From Haplodiscus bocki (lineage: Eukaryota), in contig OZ296650.1 of NCBI GenBank assembly GCA_965655095.1, forward strand, positions 69,130,001-69,194,000: a stretch of DNA of 64,000 nucleotides, written 5' to 3'. The notes under the pieces are model-generated. The model was given only the letters and a program-made list of their open reading frames with translations, did no database searches and was not told the origin of the DNA. Within the stretch, counting starts at the first letter, position 1. The number at the start of each line of letters is the position of its first letter. The position numbers were made by a program, and so were the translations under genes. Below are positions 24,227-40,200 of this stretch, piece by piece.

Positions 24227-27200
24227 TTTGCGCATACCGTGCAGAAATTCATTGGTCGAATGGGATTCGTCTTCTTGGGGCAAGAATAGCATACAGAAAG
24301 CATAATTTCTCATGACGTGACTTGACATCGATAGGCTACTCCCACAAAACTTTTCAAAACCCTCAACTTTGGTACCATAGAGGATGGCTGAACAGTGAAA
24401 GTATAGAGCTGAGGTATGATTCCAAAATGCACAAGCCGATTTTTGTTTGAAGCACGATAATAACCCTAGTTGCATCAGCGGTGAGTTTTTCTCTTTGAAA
24501 GTCAGTTCTAGTAACATACCAGAAAATTTTTTTTATAAATTTCTGGATTTTAAAGAACATCAAAATTCAAACATTGGCAGATTAATTAGGAATGAAGGCA
24601 TATTCGAGTTGGGGCAAAGTTTTTGATTTGTCAGTTATGTGACAGTGCCAAAAGACGTAAGGCGGGAAAGATGTTTCAAGGATGATCAGATGATTCCTTG
24701 AAAGATACATTGAGCTCGCCGAGAATTAATGCAGTAACATTGGGGGGTGCAAAGCAAGTTTCAAACCACTTGGCATTTTTTCTGCCCGATCGAAAAGAAG
24801 ATCAAATAGAGCAAAAGTCGTTTGAGACTGAGTCAGCAAGTGCCCCGATTTAAGGCTCAGGTAAAGTAGATCAAGAAAAAAATGCAGTAGAGCAAATGAA
24901 ATCCCCATTTAACTTGAAGGAAAAAACGAGCAGCTTTAGGTTTAATTGGATTCTTCAGATTTCGATAAAACTTCAGAGCCACTATACCTACTATTGAAGA
25001 AAAAAAATTTCAATCGACGGAACAAGGCGATGAGTCACAGCAGAATTAAAAGAGATGTTGTTATCAACGCTCAGCTGGGGATATCCTAAAAAATGAGATT
25101 ATTTTTACTACGGACGCGTTATTAACCGGATATGGTGCAATTTTGACAAAGAAGCAAGACGGGTGTGGATCGAGTTCCTGCATGTGCTAGCAAAACACTG
25201 ACCAAAAAGAGAAGGAACTATTCAGCAACGAAACGGGATTTTTTCGCTGTTCTGCATTTCAAGAATCATTCCTAGACATACATACTTGGTAGAAAGTTTG
25301 TGCCAGAGACTTATCACCAAGCTCTGGTGTAGCAATATAGTGTGAAAGACTCGGAATTATCATAGCAAGATGGCTGAGGAAGCCAGACCATTTTAATATC
25401 GAACGTGAGCACAACGCAGGAAGAGACATTCCTCAAGCCGATTGTATGTCAAGAGTGCACACCGAAGAACGCTGTCTGACAAACTTTGTTGCCGCGTCAA
25501 CGAAAAATTTTCACAACACAGACGAGGCCTCCACTAATCCGCGTAGTTCGCTCCGAAACACAGACAGAAGAAGCATTCAAAAGAAACCAAAACAAATACA
25601 AAAAACCTATGCAAGTCTTTATTTGGTTAGAAATCAAACACCGACCAACTCGGTAAAGCATGACAGACCTTCGGAAGAACTGTGGAGTTTTTGGGTCGAC
25701 TCAGAAAACCATGATCTAGGAGATGGACTTCTATACAGAAGGAAATTTTTGGAAACATCCGGACATTCATAACAACAAGTTACCATTAAGGAGAATCAAC
25801 TTACGCATATATAAACAATGCTTCACAAGTGTAATTTTACAGTCCTTTTTGGTAACAGCAAAACTTTAGGAGAGCTCAGAAATTTTTGTTGTGTCATCGA
25901 GAACTAGAACTGATGTGGTCAAATGGGTTTGAAAAAAAATGAATGTCTGAGACAGATACGACGCCCCAAAAACACGGTTATAGCCTCAGTACTCGGCAGC
26001 CTTGTCATCCATTCCGACAGGTGTCTCTGAAGGTCATGGAGACGATACCTATTTCCAAAATTTTCAAATGTAAAATTATGCAACCAGTTGCAGATCAAAT
26101 CACTAAAAGGTACAAGGCTAGCGGGACGCCCAATCAAGAAGCAGAAACAATTGCAGGGTTTTAGTAGAAATGCGGACTACAATATGTAGATGTCCAGTGA
26201 ATCTCCGCACTGATAGGGGAACATAGTTTGAGAAAGAACTTTTTTGAGAACTATGTCGAACTCTAAACAAAGACACGACTTCAACAACGTCCTTCCGTAT
26301 CCAACGCAATACAATGATCGAGAGGAGAAAAAACTGTTAGATAAAAACATCTCTAAGAATATCGAACATCATCAACCAGAGCGAAAAAATTAATTCCCAA
26401 GGGAAACGCTGGCGTACCGTTCGTTGATTGACAAAATTACAAGGTACAATTCTTCTTATAAAATGTTACGTAGCCTCTGAGACTAAACACTGACTGTATG
26501 TACGAGACGCGCAGCTGAAATTCATTTCCAACACCAAGCGATTTGAAACTTGTCACCAGAATACAACTTCAAAAACGCAACTTTTGATCTGAACAGAGAT
26601 GAAACTCGAACGTTTTTGACGAGACACTCACTAAAAACTACTGTGTTTATGGTATGACTTACGTTGAAGCAGAGACATCTTATTGTTTCCAACATTTATG
26701 AAAGTGGAAACGGAAAAATCCATTTTTTTGGTTTACAAACAGCCCTACTCGACTGCCGATATATCTGGTGAACCCAACTTTCGTATTTGGCATGCGAAAA
26801 ATGATAAAAACCTTGAAAAATTTACATTAAACTGAGAAAATACAAAACGAGAGACCATTTCTTTTCATCGGTTAAGAACAGTGCAAATCCATTAGAAGAA
26901 GAGAATCCAAATATCCTGGTCAAGGACGAGGACGCCGCCCTCGTTGGACTTGTTGATGAACCAGCAGTATGACCGGATCCTACAGAGCTCGACGTCATAG
27001 CAGAAAAGGAGGTGCCAGAGAATTCAGTCAAAGAAAAAACAATCAAAGGAATAAAAAAGTAAAAAGCACGTGTCCTAGTTGGAATTGGAAAAAGCAGAGG
27101 GTGAAGTCTTGTTGAAGAGAGCGGTGAAGATTTTGAGAGTTTTTCTAGCTTTGCGGAAAAACTTAGAGCCGACAGATTTGTACTAAAGCCAATCCTAGTT

Positions 27201-28268
27201 CCCAGGGCAAGTTTACTCGGACACGTTCAATTCCAAGAAGAGGCACCGAACTTTTTTCCTGAACCAAGTTGATGGTTCCTTCTAAAACAATGATTTTAAT
27301 CATTCAGAGAGCTATTGAAGAGTGACAATGAAACAAGAATGGAAGATTAATAGTCAACGTCATCAGTTGCTCACAGTCTTAGGATTTTGTTTTTGGCTCT
27401 GGGGTTAGCAATGGGCAAAGAAAGTCAATCAGTGGGAAATTTCATCAACCAAACACTTATCACTCCATGATTTTCTCTGAGTGACCACCAACAATGCTCT
27501 CAGGATGCGAGAGGCGGCATCAACGTAACCGATGCATCAGCTCTGCTTCATGAAGCTGAAAGGAAAAGAGAGTTGAGAGTGTGTAATAAGCAGGCGTCAA
27601 ACACGACCGCTATAATCGAAATTCAATCGTTTATTATGATGGACTTTCATTACACGAAGAATCAAAAACACTTCTCACGTTTTTTTTCGTCCAAATGGAA
27701 ACGAAAAGTTTTTAGTCAACTAAAATCCTGCAAAGAAGAGTCTCGATTCAGAAAGTGAAGGTGAACAGGCCAACACGGAACCATTCGACACTTTTGATAA
27801 GACAGCATTTTTCGTGAAACAAAAAGGGCGGAGTATATGTTTTGCACGCCCTAAAGAATGGTTCAGTACTCCGAGAGATGCAATTGATGGCTCTGTTTCA
27901 GTCAATGGAAGGATGTTGACAAGTAAGTTTTTCGCAAGAAAAAATCGCTTGTTATAGAAGTTCCATTTAACTGGTTTAACCCTTTTGGAAATCAATGCAC
28001 CAGACCGGATATAGCAAATGACATTCGACACCAACTTGTTTTCCACCTGACTCAAATATCAACAGTGTGTCTGGTCGGAATTAGAACCATCACATCAGAA
28101 AAAGAATTAACCAAATTCCAATGTTCAAAACTTAGCCTACCAACAGGCTCTGTTAGTCCAAAGCAAGAGAAATGTTTTGTCAACGAGAAACAACAAATTC
28201 TTTTTTTTTCTGCTAATTTTTCGCCTTTCAGACCTTAGCTCAAAAAATGGAGGTCACTTCTGAGCTAG

Positions 28269-28647
28269 TAACAGCGGAAAAAACGCCGGTATAACAGCGG
28301 AAACGAACAAAAGAACGCTTCTTTTTCTTCTAGTAAAGCAGCGACGTTCTTTTTGCGGTTGCTTGGCGTTAACGGCGCTATTTTTCCAGTAAACGCTGTT
28401 AACGCCGCTATTTTTCCGGTGATATGCCGTTAACGGCGCTATTTTTCGGTTGGATGCCATTAACGCCGCTGTTTTTCCGTTTAAACGCCGGTAACGCCAC
28501 TATTTTTCCGGTTACACGCCGTTAACGATGCTATTTTTCCTTTTAATAACGGCTTCTGTGGCTATTTTTGGCCACCGTCAGCGCCCTTCAACCGGAAAAT
28601 TTTCGGCCACAATTTCGACCCCGGCAATGGGGTAGCAATGTAGCTAG
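28269..28647 (+). mobile_element. Helitron-like 3' segment (379 bp)
   Basis: Same segment ending in hairpin plus CTAG|T. Confidence 0.58.
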
Positions 28648-31600
28648 TTTGCGCATACCGTGCAGAAATTCATTGGTCGAATGGGATTCGTCTTCTTGGG
28701 GCAAGAATAGCATACAGAAAGCATAATTTCTCATGACGTGACTTGACATCGATAGGCTACTCCCACAAAACTCTTCAAAACCCTCAACTTTGGTACCATA
28801 GAGGATGGCTGAACAGTGAAAGTATAGAGCTTAGGTATGATTCCAAAATGCACAAGCCGATTTTTGTTTGAAGCACGATAATAACCCTAGTTGCATCAGC
28901 GGTGAGTTTTTCTCTTTGAAAGTCAGTTCTAGTAACATACCATAAAAGTTTTTTATAAAATTCTGGATTTTAAAGAACATCAAAATTTAAACCTTGGCCG
29001 ATTAATTAGGAATGAAGGCATATTCGAGTTGGGGCAAAGTTTTTGATTTGTCAGTTATGTGGCAGTGCCAAAAGACGTAAGGTCGGAAAGATGTTTCAAG
29101 GATGATCAGATGATTCCTTGAAAGATACATTGAGCTCGCCGAGAATTAATGCAGTAACATTGGGGGGTGCAATGCATGTTTCAAACCACTTGGCATTTTT
29201 TCTGCCCGATCGAAAAGAAGATCAAATAGAGCAAAAGTCGTTTGAGACTGAGTCAGCAAGTGCCCCCATTTAAGGCTCAGGTAAAGTAGATCAAGAAAAA
29301 ATGCAGTAGAGCAAATGAAATCCCCATTTAACTTGAAGGAAAAAACGAGCAGCTTTAGGTTTAATTGGATTCTTCAGATTTCGATAAAACTTCAGAGCCA
29401 CTATACCAACTATTGAAGAAAAGAAATTTCAATCGACTGAACAAGGCGATGAGTCACAGCAGAATTAAAAGAGATGTTGTTATCAACGCTCAGCTGGGGA
29501 TATCCTAAAAAATGAGATTATTTTTACTACGGACGCGTTATTAACCGGATATGGTGCAATTTTGACAAAGAAGCAAGACGGGTGTGGATCGAGTTCCTGC
29601 ATGTGCTAGCAAAACACTGACCAAAAAGAGAAGGAACTATTCAGCAACGAAACGGGATTTTTTCGCTGTTTTGCATTTCAAGAATCATTCCTAGACATAC
29701 ATACTTGGTAGAAAGTTTGTGCCAGAGACTTATCACCGAGCTCTGGTGTAGCAATATAGTGTGAAAGACTCGGAATTATCATAGCAAGATGGTTGAGGAA
29801 GCCAGACCATTTTGATATCGAACGTGAGCACAACGCAGGAAGAGACATTCCTCAAGCCGATTGTATGTCAAGAGTGCACACCGAAGAACGCTGTCTGACA
29901 AACTTTGTTGCCGCGTCAACGAAAACCTTTCACAACACAGACGAGGCCTCCACTAATCCGCGTAGTTCGCTCCAGAACACAGACAGAAGAAGCATTCAAA
30001 AGAAACCAAAACAAATACAAAAAACCTATGCAAGTCGTTTTTTGGTTAGAAATCAAACACCGACCAACTCGGTAAAACATGACAGACCTTCGGAAGAACT
30101 GTGGAGTTTTTGGGTCGACTCTGAAAACCATGATCTAGGAGATGGATTCTATACAGAAGGAAATTTTTGGAAACATCCGGACATTCATACTAACAAGTTA
30201 CCATTAAGGAGAATCAACTTACGCATATATAAACAATGCTTCACAAGTCTCATTTTACAGTCCTTTTTGGTAACAGCAAAACTTTAGGAGAGCTCAGAAA
30301 TTTTTGTTGTGTCATCGAGAACTAGAACTGATGTGGTCAAATGGGTTTGAAAAAAAATGAATGTCTGAGACAGATACGACGCCCCAAAAACACGGTTATA
30401 GCCTCAGTACTCGGCAGCCTTGTCATCCATTCCGACAGGTGTCTCTGAAGGTCATGGAGACGATACCTATTTCCAAAATTTTCAAATGTAAAATTATGCA
30501 ACCAGTTGCAGATCAAATCACTAAAAGGTACAAGGCTAGCGGGACGCCCAATCAAGAAGCAGAAACAATTGCAGGGTTTTAGTAGAAATGCGGACTACAA
30601 TATGTAGATGTCCAGTGAATCTCCGCACTGATAGGGCAACATAGTTTGAGAAAGAACTTTTTTGAGAACTATGTCGAACTCTAAACAAAGACACGACTTC
30701 AACAACGTCCTTCCGTATCCAACGCAATACAATGATCGAGAGGAGAAAAAACTGTTAGATAAAAACATCTCTAAGAATATCGAACATCATCAACCAGAGC
30801 GAAAAAATTAATTCCCAAGGGAAACGCTGGCGTACCGTTCGTTGATTGACAAAATTACAAGGTACAATTCTTCTTATAAAATGTTACGTAGCCTCTGAGA
30901 CTAAACACTGACTGTATGTACGAGACGCGCAGCTGAAATTCATTTCCAACACCAAGCGATTTGAAACTTGTCACCAGAATACAACTTCAAAAACGCAACT
31001 TTTGATCTGAACAGAGATGAAACTCGAACGTTTTTGACGAGACACTCACTAAAAACTACTGTGTTTATGGTATGACTTACGTTGAAGCAGAGACATCTTA
31101 TTGTTTCCAACATTTATGAAAGTGGAAACGGAAAAATCCATTTTTTTGGTTTACAAACAGCCCTACTCGACTGCCGATATATCTGGTGAACCCAACTTTC
31201 GTATTTGGCATGAGAAAAATGATAAAAACCTTGAAAAATTTACATTAAACTGAGAAAATACAAAACGAGAGACCATTTCTTTTCATCGGTTAAGAACAGT
31301 GCAAATCCATTAGAAGAAGAGAATCCAAATATCCTGGTCAAGGACGAGGACGCCGCCCTCGTTGGACTTGTTGATGAACCAGCAGTATGACCGGATCCTA
31401 CAGAGCTCGACGTCATAGCAGAAAAGGAGGTGCCAGAGAATTCAGTCAAAGAAAAAACAATCAAAGGAATAAAAAAGTAAAAAGCACGTGTCCTAGTTGG
31501 AATTGGAAAAAGCAGAGGGTGAAGTCTTGTTGAAGAGAGCGGTGAAGATTTTGAGAGTTTTTCTAGCTTTGCGGAAAAACTTAGAGCCGACAGATTTGTA

Positions 31601-32684
31601 CTAAAGCCAATCCTAGTTCCCAGGGCAAGTTTACTCGGACACGTTCAATTCCAAGAAGAGGCACCGAACTTTTTTCCTGAACCAAGTTGATGGTTCCTTC
31701 TAAAACAATGATTTTAATCATTCAGAGAGCTATTGAAGAGTGACAATGAAACAAGAATGGAAGATTAATAGTCAACGTCATCAGTTGCTCACAGTCTTAG
31801 GATTTTGTTTTTGGCTCTGGGGTTAGCAATGGGCAAAGAAAGTCAATCAGTGGGAAATTTCATCAACCAAACACTTATCACTCCATTGTTTTCTCTGAGT
31901 GACCACCAACAATGCTCTCAGGATGCGAGAGGCGGCATCAACGTAACCGATGCATCAGCTTTGCTTCATGAAGCTGAAAGGAAAAGAGAGTTGAGAGTGT
32001 GTAATAAGCAGGCGTCAAACACGACCGCTATAATCGAAATTCAATCGTTTATTATGATGGACTTTCATTACACGAAGAATCAAAAACACTTCTCACGTTT
32101 TTTTTCGTCCAAATGGAAACGAAAAGTTTTTAGTCAACTAAAATCCTGCAAAGAAGAGTCTCGATTCAGAAAGTGAAGGTGAACAGGCCAACACGGAACC
32201 ATTCGACACTTTTGATAAGACAGCATTTTTCGTGAAACAAAAAGGGCGGAGTATACGTTTTGCACGCCCTAAAGAATGGTTCAGTACTCCGAGAGATGCA
32301 ATTGATGGCTCTGTTTCGGTCAATGGAAGATTTTTGACAAGTAAGGTTTTCGCAAGAAAAAATCGCTTGTTATAGAAGTTCCCATTAACTGGTATAACCC
32401 TTTTGGAAATCAATGCACCAGACCGGATATAGCAAATGACTTTCGACACCAACTTATTTTCCACCTGACTCAAATATCAACAGTGTGTCTGGTCGGAATT
32501 AGAACCATCACATCAGAAAAAGAATTAACCAAATTCCAATGTTCAAAACTTAGCCTACCAACAGGCTCTGTTAGTCCAAAACAAGAGAAATGTTTTGTCA
32601 GCGAAAAACAAAAAATTCTATTTTTCTGCTAATTTTTCGCCTTTCAGACCTTAGCTCAAAAAATGGAGGTCACTTCTGAGCTAG

Positions 32685-32972
32685 TAACGGCGGAAAAAAC
32701 GCCGGTATAACAGCGGAAATGAACAAAAGAACGCTTCTTTTTCTTCTAGTAAAGCAGCGACGTTCTTTTTGCGGTTGCTTGGCGTTAACGGCGCTATTTT
32801 TCCGTTTAAACGCCGGTAACGCCACTATTTTTCCGGTTACACGCCATTAACGATGCTATTTTTTCTTTTAATAACGGCTTCTATGGCTATTTTTGGCCAC
32901 CGTCAACGCCCTTCTACCGTAAAATTTTCGGCCACAATTTCGACCCCGGCAATGGGGTAGCAATGTAGCTAG
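32685..32972 (+). mobile_element. Helitron-like 3' segment (288 bp)
   Basis: Same segment ending in hairpin plus CTAG|T. Confidence 0.58.
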
Positions 32973-35900
32973 TTTGCGCATACCGTGCCGAAATTCATTG
33001 GTCGAATGGGATTCGTCTTCTTGGGGCAAGAATAGCATACAGAAAGCATAATTTCTCATGACGTGACTTGACATCGATAGGCTACTCCCACAAAACTTTT
33101 CAAAACCCTCAACTTTGGTACCATAGAGGATGGCTGAACAGTGAAAGTATAGAGCTTAGGTATGATTCCAAAATGCACAAGCCGATTTTTGTTTGAAGCA
33201 CGATATTAACCCTAGTTGCATCAGCGGTGAGTTTTTCTCTTTGAAAGTCAGTTCTAGTAACATACCAAAAAAGTTTTTTATAAAATTCTGGATTTTAAAG
33301 AACATCAAAATTCAAACATTGGCCGATTAATTAGGAATGAAGGCATATTCGAGTTGGGGCAAAGTTTTTGATTTGTCAGTTATGTGACAGTGCCAAAAGA
33401 CGTAAGGCGGGAAAGATGTTTCAAGGATGATCAGATGATTCCTTGAAAGATACATTGAGCTCGCCGAGAATTAATGCAGTAACATTGGGGGGTGCAATGC
33501 ATGTTTCAAACCACTTGGCATTTTTTCTGCCCGATCGAAAAGAAGATCAAATAGAGCAAAAGTCGTTTGAGACTGAGTCAGCAAGTGCCCCCATTTAAGG
33601 CTCAGGTAAAGTAGATCAAGAAAAAAATGCAGTAGAGCAAATGAAATCCCCATTTAACTTGAAGGAAAAAACGAGCAGCTTTAGGTTTAATTGGATTCTT
33701 CAGATTTCGATAAAACTTCAGAGCCACTATACCTACTATTGAAGAAAAAAAAATTCAATCGACTGAACAAGGCGATGAGTCACAGCAGAATTAAAAGAGA
33801 TGTTGTTATCAACGCTCAGCTGGGGATATCCTAAAAAATGAGATTATTTTTACTACGGACGCGTTATTAACCGGATATGGTGCAATTTTGACAAAGAAGC
33901 AAGACGGGTGTGGATCGAGTTCCTGCATGTGCTAGCAAAACACTGACCAAAAAGAGAAGGAACTATTCAGCAACGAAACGGGATTTTTTCGCTGTTCTGC
34001 ATTTCAAGAATCATTCCTAGACATACATACTTGGTAGAAAGTTTGTGCCAGAGACTTATCATCGAGCTCTGGTGTAGCAATATAGTGTGAAAGACTCGGA
34101 ATTATCATAGCAAGATGGTTGAGGAAGCCAGACCATTTTGATATCGAACGTGAGCACAACGCAGGAAGAGACATTCCTCAAGCCGATTGTATGTCAAGAG
34201 TGCACACCGAAGAACGCTGTCTGACAAACTTTGTTGCCGCGTCAACGAAAACCTTTCACAACACAGACGAGGCCTCCACTAATCCGCGTAGTTCGCTCCA
34301 AAACACAGACAGAAGAAGCATTCAAAAGAAACCAAAACAAATACAAAAAACCTATGCAAGTCGTTTTTTGGTTAGAAATCAAACACCGACCAACTCGGTA
34401 AAACATGACAGACCTTCGGAAGAACTGTGGAGTTTTTGGGTCGACTCTGAAAACCATGATCTAGGAGATGGATTCTATACAGAAGGAAATTTTTGGAAAC
34501 ATCCGGACATTCATACTAACAAGTTACCATTAAGGAGAATCAACTTACGCATATATAAACAATGCTTCACAAGTCTCATTTTACAGTCCTTTTTGGTAAC
34601 AGCAAAACTTTAGGAGAGCTCAGAAATTTTTGTTGTGTCATCGAGAACTAGAACTGATGTGGTCAAATGGGTTTGAAAAAAAATGAATGTCTGAGACAGA
34701 TACGACGCCCCAAAAACACGGTTATAGCCTCAGTACTCGGCAGCCTTGTCATCCATTCCGACAGGTGTCTCTGAAGGTCATGGAGACGATACCTATTTCC
34801 AAAATTTTCAAATGTAAAATTATGCAACCAGTTGCAGATCAAATCACTAAAAGGTACAAGGCTAGCGGGACGCCCAATCAAGAAGCAGAAACAATTGCAG
34901 GGTTTTAGTAGAAATGCGGACTACAATATGTAGATGTCCAGTGAATCTCCGCACTGATAGGGCAACATAGTTTGAGAAAGAACTTTTTTGAGAACTATGT
35001 CGAACTCTAAACAAAGACAGGACTTCAACAACGTCCTTCCCTATCCAACGCAATACAATGATCGAGAGGAGAAAAAACTGTTAGATAAAAACATCTCTAA
35101 GAATATCGAACATCATCAACCAGAGCGAAAAAATTATTTCCCAAGGGAAACGCTGGCGTACCGTTCGTTGATTGACAAAATTACAAGGTACAATTGTTCC
35201 TATAAAATGTTACGTAGCCTCTGAGACTAAACACTGACTGTATGTACGAGACGCGCAGCTGAAATTTATTTCCAACACCAAGTGATTTGAAACTTGTCAC
35301 CAGAATACAACTTCAAAAACGCAACTTTTGATCTGAACAGAGATGAAACTCGAACGTTTTTGACGAGACACTCACTAAAAACTACTGTGTTTATGGTATG
35401 ACTTACGTTGAAGCAGAGACATCTTATTGTTTCCAACATTTATGAAAGTGGAAACTGAAAAATCCATTTTTTTGGTTTACAAACAGCCCTACTCGACTGC
35501 CGATATATCTGGTGAACCCAACTTTCGTATTTGGCATGCGAAAAATGATAGAAACGTTGAAAAATTTACATTAAACTGAGAAAATACAAAACGAGAGACC
35601 ATTTCTTTTCATCGGTTAAGAACAGTGCAAATCCATTAGAAGAAGAGAATCCAAATATCCTGGTCAAGGACGAGGACGCCGCCCTCGTTGGACTTGTTGA
35701 TGAACCAGCAGTATGACCGGATCCTACAGAGCTCGACGTCATAGCAGAAAAGGAGGTGCCAGAGAATTCAGTCAAAGAAAAAACAATCAAAGGAATAAAA
35801 AAGTAAAAAGCACGTGTCCTAGTTGGAATTGGAAAAAGCAGAGGGTGAAGTCTTGTTGAAGAGAGCGGTGAAGATTTTGAGAGTTCTTCTAGCTTTGCGG

Positions 35901-37009
35901 AAAAACTTAGAGCCGACAGATTTGTACAAAAGCCAATCCTAGTTCCCAGGGCAAATTTACTCGGATACGTTCAATTCCAAGAAGAGGCACCGAACTTTTT
36001 TCCTGAACCAAGTTGATGGTTCCTTCTAAAACAATGATTTTAATCATTCAGAGAGCTATTGAAGAGTGACAATGAAACAAGAATGGAAGATTAATAGTCA
36101 ACGTCATCAGTTGCTCACAGTCTTAGGATTTTGTTTTTGGCTCTGGGGTTAGCAATGGGCAAAGAAAGTCAATCAGTGGGAAATTTCATCAACCAAACAC
36201 TTATCACTCCATGATTTTCTCTGAGTGACCACCAACAATGCTCTCAGGATGCGAGAGGCGGCATCAACGTAACCGATGCATCAGCTCTGCTTCATGAAGC
36301 TGAAAGGAAAAGAGAGTTGAGAGTGTGTAATAAGCAGGCGTCAAACACGACCGCTATAATCGAAATTCAATCGTTTATTATGATGGACTTTCATTACACG
36401 AAGAATCAAAAACACTTCTCACGTTTTTTTCGTCCAAATGGAAACGAAAATTTTTTAGTCAACTAAAATCCTGCAAAGAAGAGTCTCGATTCAGAAAGTG
36501 AAGGTGAACAGGCCAACACGGAACCATTCGACACTTTTGATAAGACAGCATTTTTCGTGAAACAAAAAGGGCGGAGTATACGTTTTGCACGCCCTAAAGA
36601 ATGGTTCAGTACTCCGAGAGATGCAATTGATGGCTCTGTTTCGGTCAATGGAAGATTTTTGACAAGTAAGGTTTTCGCAAGAAAAAATCGCTAGTTATAG
36701 AAGTTCCCATTAACTGGTATAACCCTTTTGGAAATCAATGCACCAGACCGGATATAGCAAATGACTTTCGACACCAACTTGTTTTCCACCTGACTCAAAT
36801 ATCAACAGTGTGTCTGGTCGGAATTAGAACCATCACATCAGTAAAAGAATTAACCAAATTCCAATGTTCAAAACTTAGCCTACCAACAGGCTCTGTTAGT
36901 CCAAAGCAAGAGAAATGTTTTGTGAACGAAAAACAACAAATTCTATTTTTCTGCTAATTTTTCGCCTTTCAGACCTTAGCTCAAAAAATGGAGGTCACTT
37001 CTGAGCTAG

Positions 37010-37297
37010 TAACGGCGGAAAAAACGCCGGTATAACAGCGGAAATGAACAAAAGAACGCTTCTTTTTCTTCTAGTAAAGCAGCGACGTTCTTTTTGCGGT
37101 TGCTTGGCGTTAACGGCGCTATTTTTCCGTTTAAACGCCGGTAACGCCACTATTTTTCCGGTTACACGCCATTAACGATGCTATTTTTTCTTTTAATAAC
37201 GGCTTCTATGGCTATTTTTGGCCACCGTCAACGCCCTTCTACCGTAAAATTTTCGGCCACAATTTCGACCCCGGCAATGGGGTAGCAATGTAGCTAG
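37010..37297 (+). mobile_element. Helitron-like 3' segment (288 bp)
   Basis: Same segment ending in hairpin plus CTAG|T. Confidence 0.58.
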
Positions 37298-40200
37298 TTT
37301 GCGCATACCGTGCAGAAATTCATTGGTCGAATGGGATTCGTCTTCTTGGGGCAAGAATAGCATACAGAAAGCATAATTTCTCATGACGTGACTTGACATC
37401 GATAGGCTACTCCCACAAAACTTTTCAAAACCCTCAACTTTGGTACCATAGAGGATGGCTGAACAGTGAAAGTATAGAGCTTAGGTATGATTCCAAAATG
37501 CACAAGCCGATTTTTGTTTGAAGCACGATAATAACCCTAGTTGCATCAGCGGTGAGTTTTTCTCTTTGAAAGTCAGTTCTAGTAACATACCATAAAAGTT
37601 TTTTATAAAAATCTGGACTTTAAAGAACATCAAAATTCAAACATTGGCCGATTAATTAGGAATGAAGGCATATTCGAGTTGGGGCAAAGTTTTTGATTTG
37701 TCAGTTATGTGACAGTGCCAAAAGACGTGAGGCGGGAAAGATGTTTCAAGGATGATCAGATGATTCCTTGAAAGATACATTGAGCTCGCCGAGAATTAAT
37801 GCAGTAACATTGGGGGGTGCAATGCATGTTTCAAACCACTTGGCATTTTTTCTGCCCGATCGAAAAGAAGATCAAATAGAGCAAAAGTCGTTTGAGACTG
37901 AGTCAGCAAGTGTCCCCATTTAAGGCTCAGGTAAAGTAGATCAAGAAAAAAATGCAGTAGAGCAAATGAAATCCCCATTTAACTTGAAGGAAAAAGCGAG
38001 CAGCTTTAGGTTTAATTGGATTCTTCAGATTTCGATAAAACTTCAGAGCCACTATACCAACTATTGAAGAAAAGCAATTTCAATCGACTGAACAAGGCGA
38101 TGAGTCACAGCAGAATTAAAAGAGATGTTGTTATCAACGCTCAGCTGGGGATATCCTAAAAAATGAGATTATTTTTACTACGGACGCGTTATTAACCGGA
38201 TATGGTGCAATTTTGACAAAGAAGCAAGACGGGTGTGGATCGAGTTCCTGCATGTGCTAGCAAAACACTGACCAAAAAGAGAAGGAACTATTCAGCAACG
38301 AAACGGGATTTTTTCGCTGTTCTGCATTTCAAGAATCATTCCTAGACATACATACTTGGTAGAAAGTTTGTGCCAGAGACTTATCATCGAGCTCTGGTGT
38401 AGCAATATAGTGTGAAAGACTCGGAATTATCATAGCAATATGGTTGAGGAAGCCAGACCTTTTTGATATCGAACGTGAGCACAACGCAGGAAGAGACATT
38501 CCTCAAGCCGATTGTATGTCAAGAGTGCACACCGAAGAACGCTGTCTGACAAACTTTGTTGCCGCGTCAACGAAAACCTTTCACAACACAGACGAGGCCT
38601 CCACTAATCCGCGTAGTTCGCTCCAAAACACAGACAGAAGAAGCATTCAAAAGAAACCAAAACAAATACAAAAAACCTATGCAAGTCTTTATTTGGTTAG
38701 AAACCAAACACCGACCAACTCGGTAAAACATGACAGACCTTCGGAAGAACTGTGGAGTTTTTGGGTCGACTCAGAAAACCATGATCTAGGAGATGGACTT
38801 CTATACAGAAGGAAATTTTTGGAAACATCCGGACATTCATAACAACAAGTTACCATTAATGAATCAACTTACGCACATATAAACAATGCTTCACAAGTCT
38901 CATTTTACAGTCCTTTTTGGTAACAGCAAAACTTTAGGAGAGCTCAGAAATTTTTGCTGTGTCATTGAGAACTAGAACTGATGTGGTCAAATGGGTTTGA
39001 AAAAAAAATGAATGTCTGAGACAGATACGACGCCCCAAAAACACGGTTATAGCCTCAGTACTCGGCAGCCTTGTCATCCATTCCGACAGGTGTCTCTGAA
39101 GGTCATGGAGACGATACCTATTTCCAAAATTTTCAAATGTAAAATTATGCAACCAGTTCCAGATCAAATCACTAAAAGGTACAAGGCTAGCGGGACGCCC
39201 AATCAAGAAGCAGAAACAATTGCAGGGTTTTAGTAGAAATGCGGACTACAATATGTAGATGTCCAGTGAATCTCCGCACTGATAGGGCAACATAGTTTGA
39301 GAAAGAACTTTTTTGAGAACTATGTCGAACTCTAAACAAAGACAGGACTTCAACAACGTCCTTCCGTATCCAACGCAATACAATGATCGAGAGGAGAAAA
39401 AACTGTTAGATAAAAACATCTCTAAGAATATCGAACATCATCAACCAGAGCGAAAAAATTATTTCCCAAGGGAAACGCTGGCGTACCGTTCGTTGATTGA
39501 CAAAATTACAAGGTACAATTCTTCCTCTAAAATGTTACGTAGCCTCTGAGACTAAACACTGACTGTATGTACGAGACGCGCAGCTGAAATTTATTTCCAA
39601 CACCAAGCGATTTGAACTTGTCACCAGAATACAACTTCAAAAACGCAACTTTTGATCTGAACAGAGATGAAACTCGAACGTTTTTGACGAGGCACTCACT
39701 AAAAACTACTGTGTTTATGGTATGACTTACGTTGAAGCAGAGACATTTTATTATTTCCAACATTTATGAGAGTGGAAACGGAAAAATCCATTTTTTTGGT
39801 TTACAAACAGCCCTACTCGACTGCCGATATATCTGGTGAACCCAACTTTCGTATTTGGCATGCGAAAAATGATAGAAAACTTGAAAAATTTACATTAAAC
39901 TGAGAAAATACAAAACGAGAGACCATTTCTTTTCATCGGTCAAGAACAGTGCAAATCCATTAGAAAAAGAGAATCCAAATATCCTGGTCAAGGACGAGGA
40001 CGCCGCCCTCGTTGGATTTGTTGATGAACCAGCAGTATGACCGGATCCTACAGAGCTCGACGTCATAGCAGAAAAGGAGGTGCCAGAGAATTCAGTCAAA
40101 AAAAACAATCAAAGGAATAAAAAAGTAAAAAACACGTGTCCTAGTTGGAATTGGAAAAAGCAGAGGGTGAAGTCTTGTTGAAGAGAGCGGTGAAGATTTT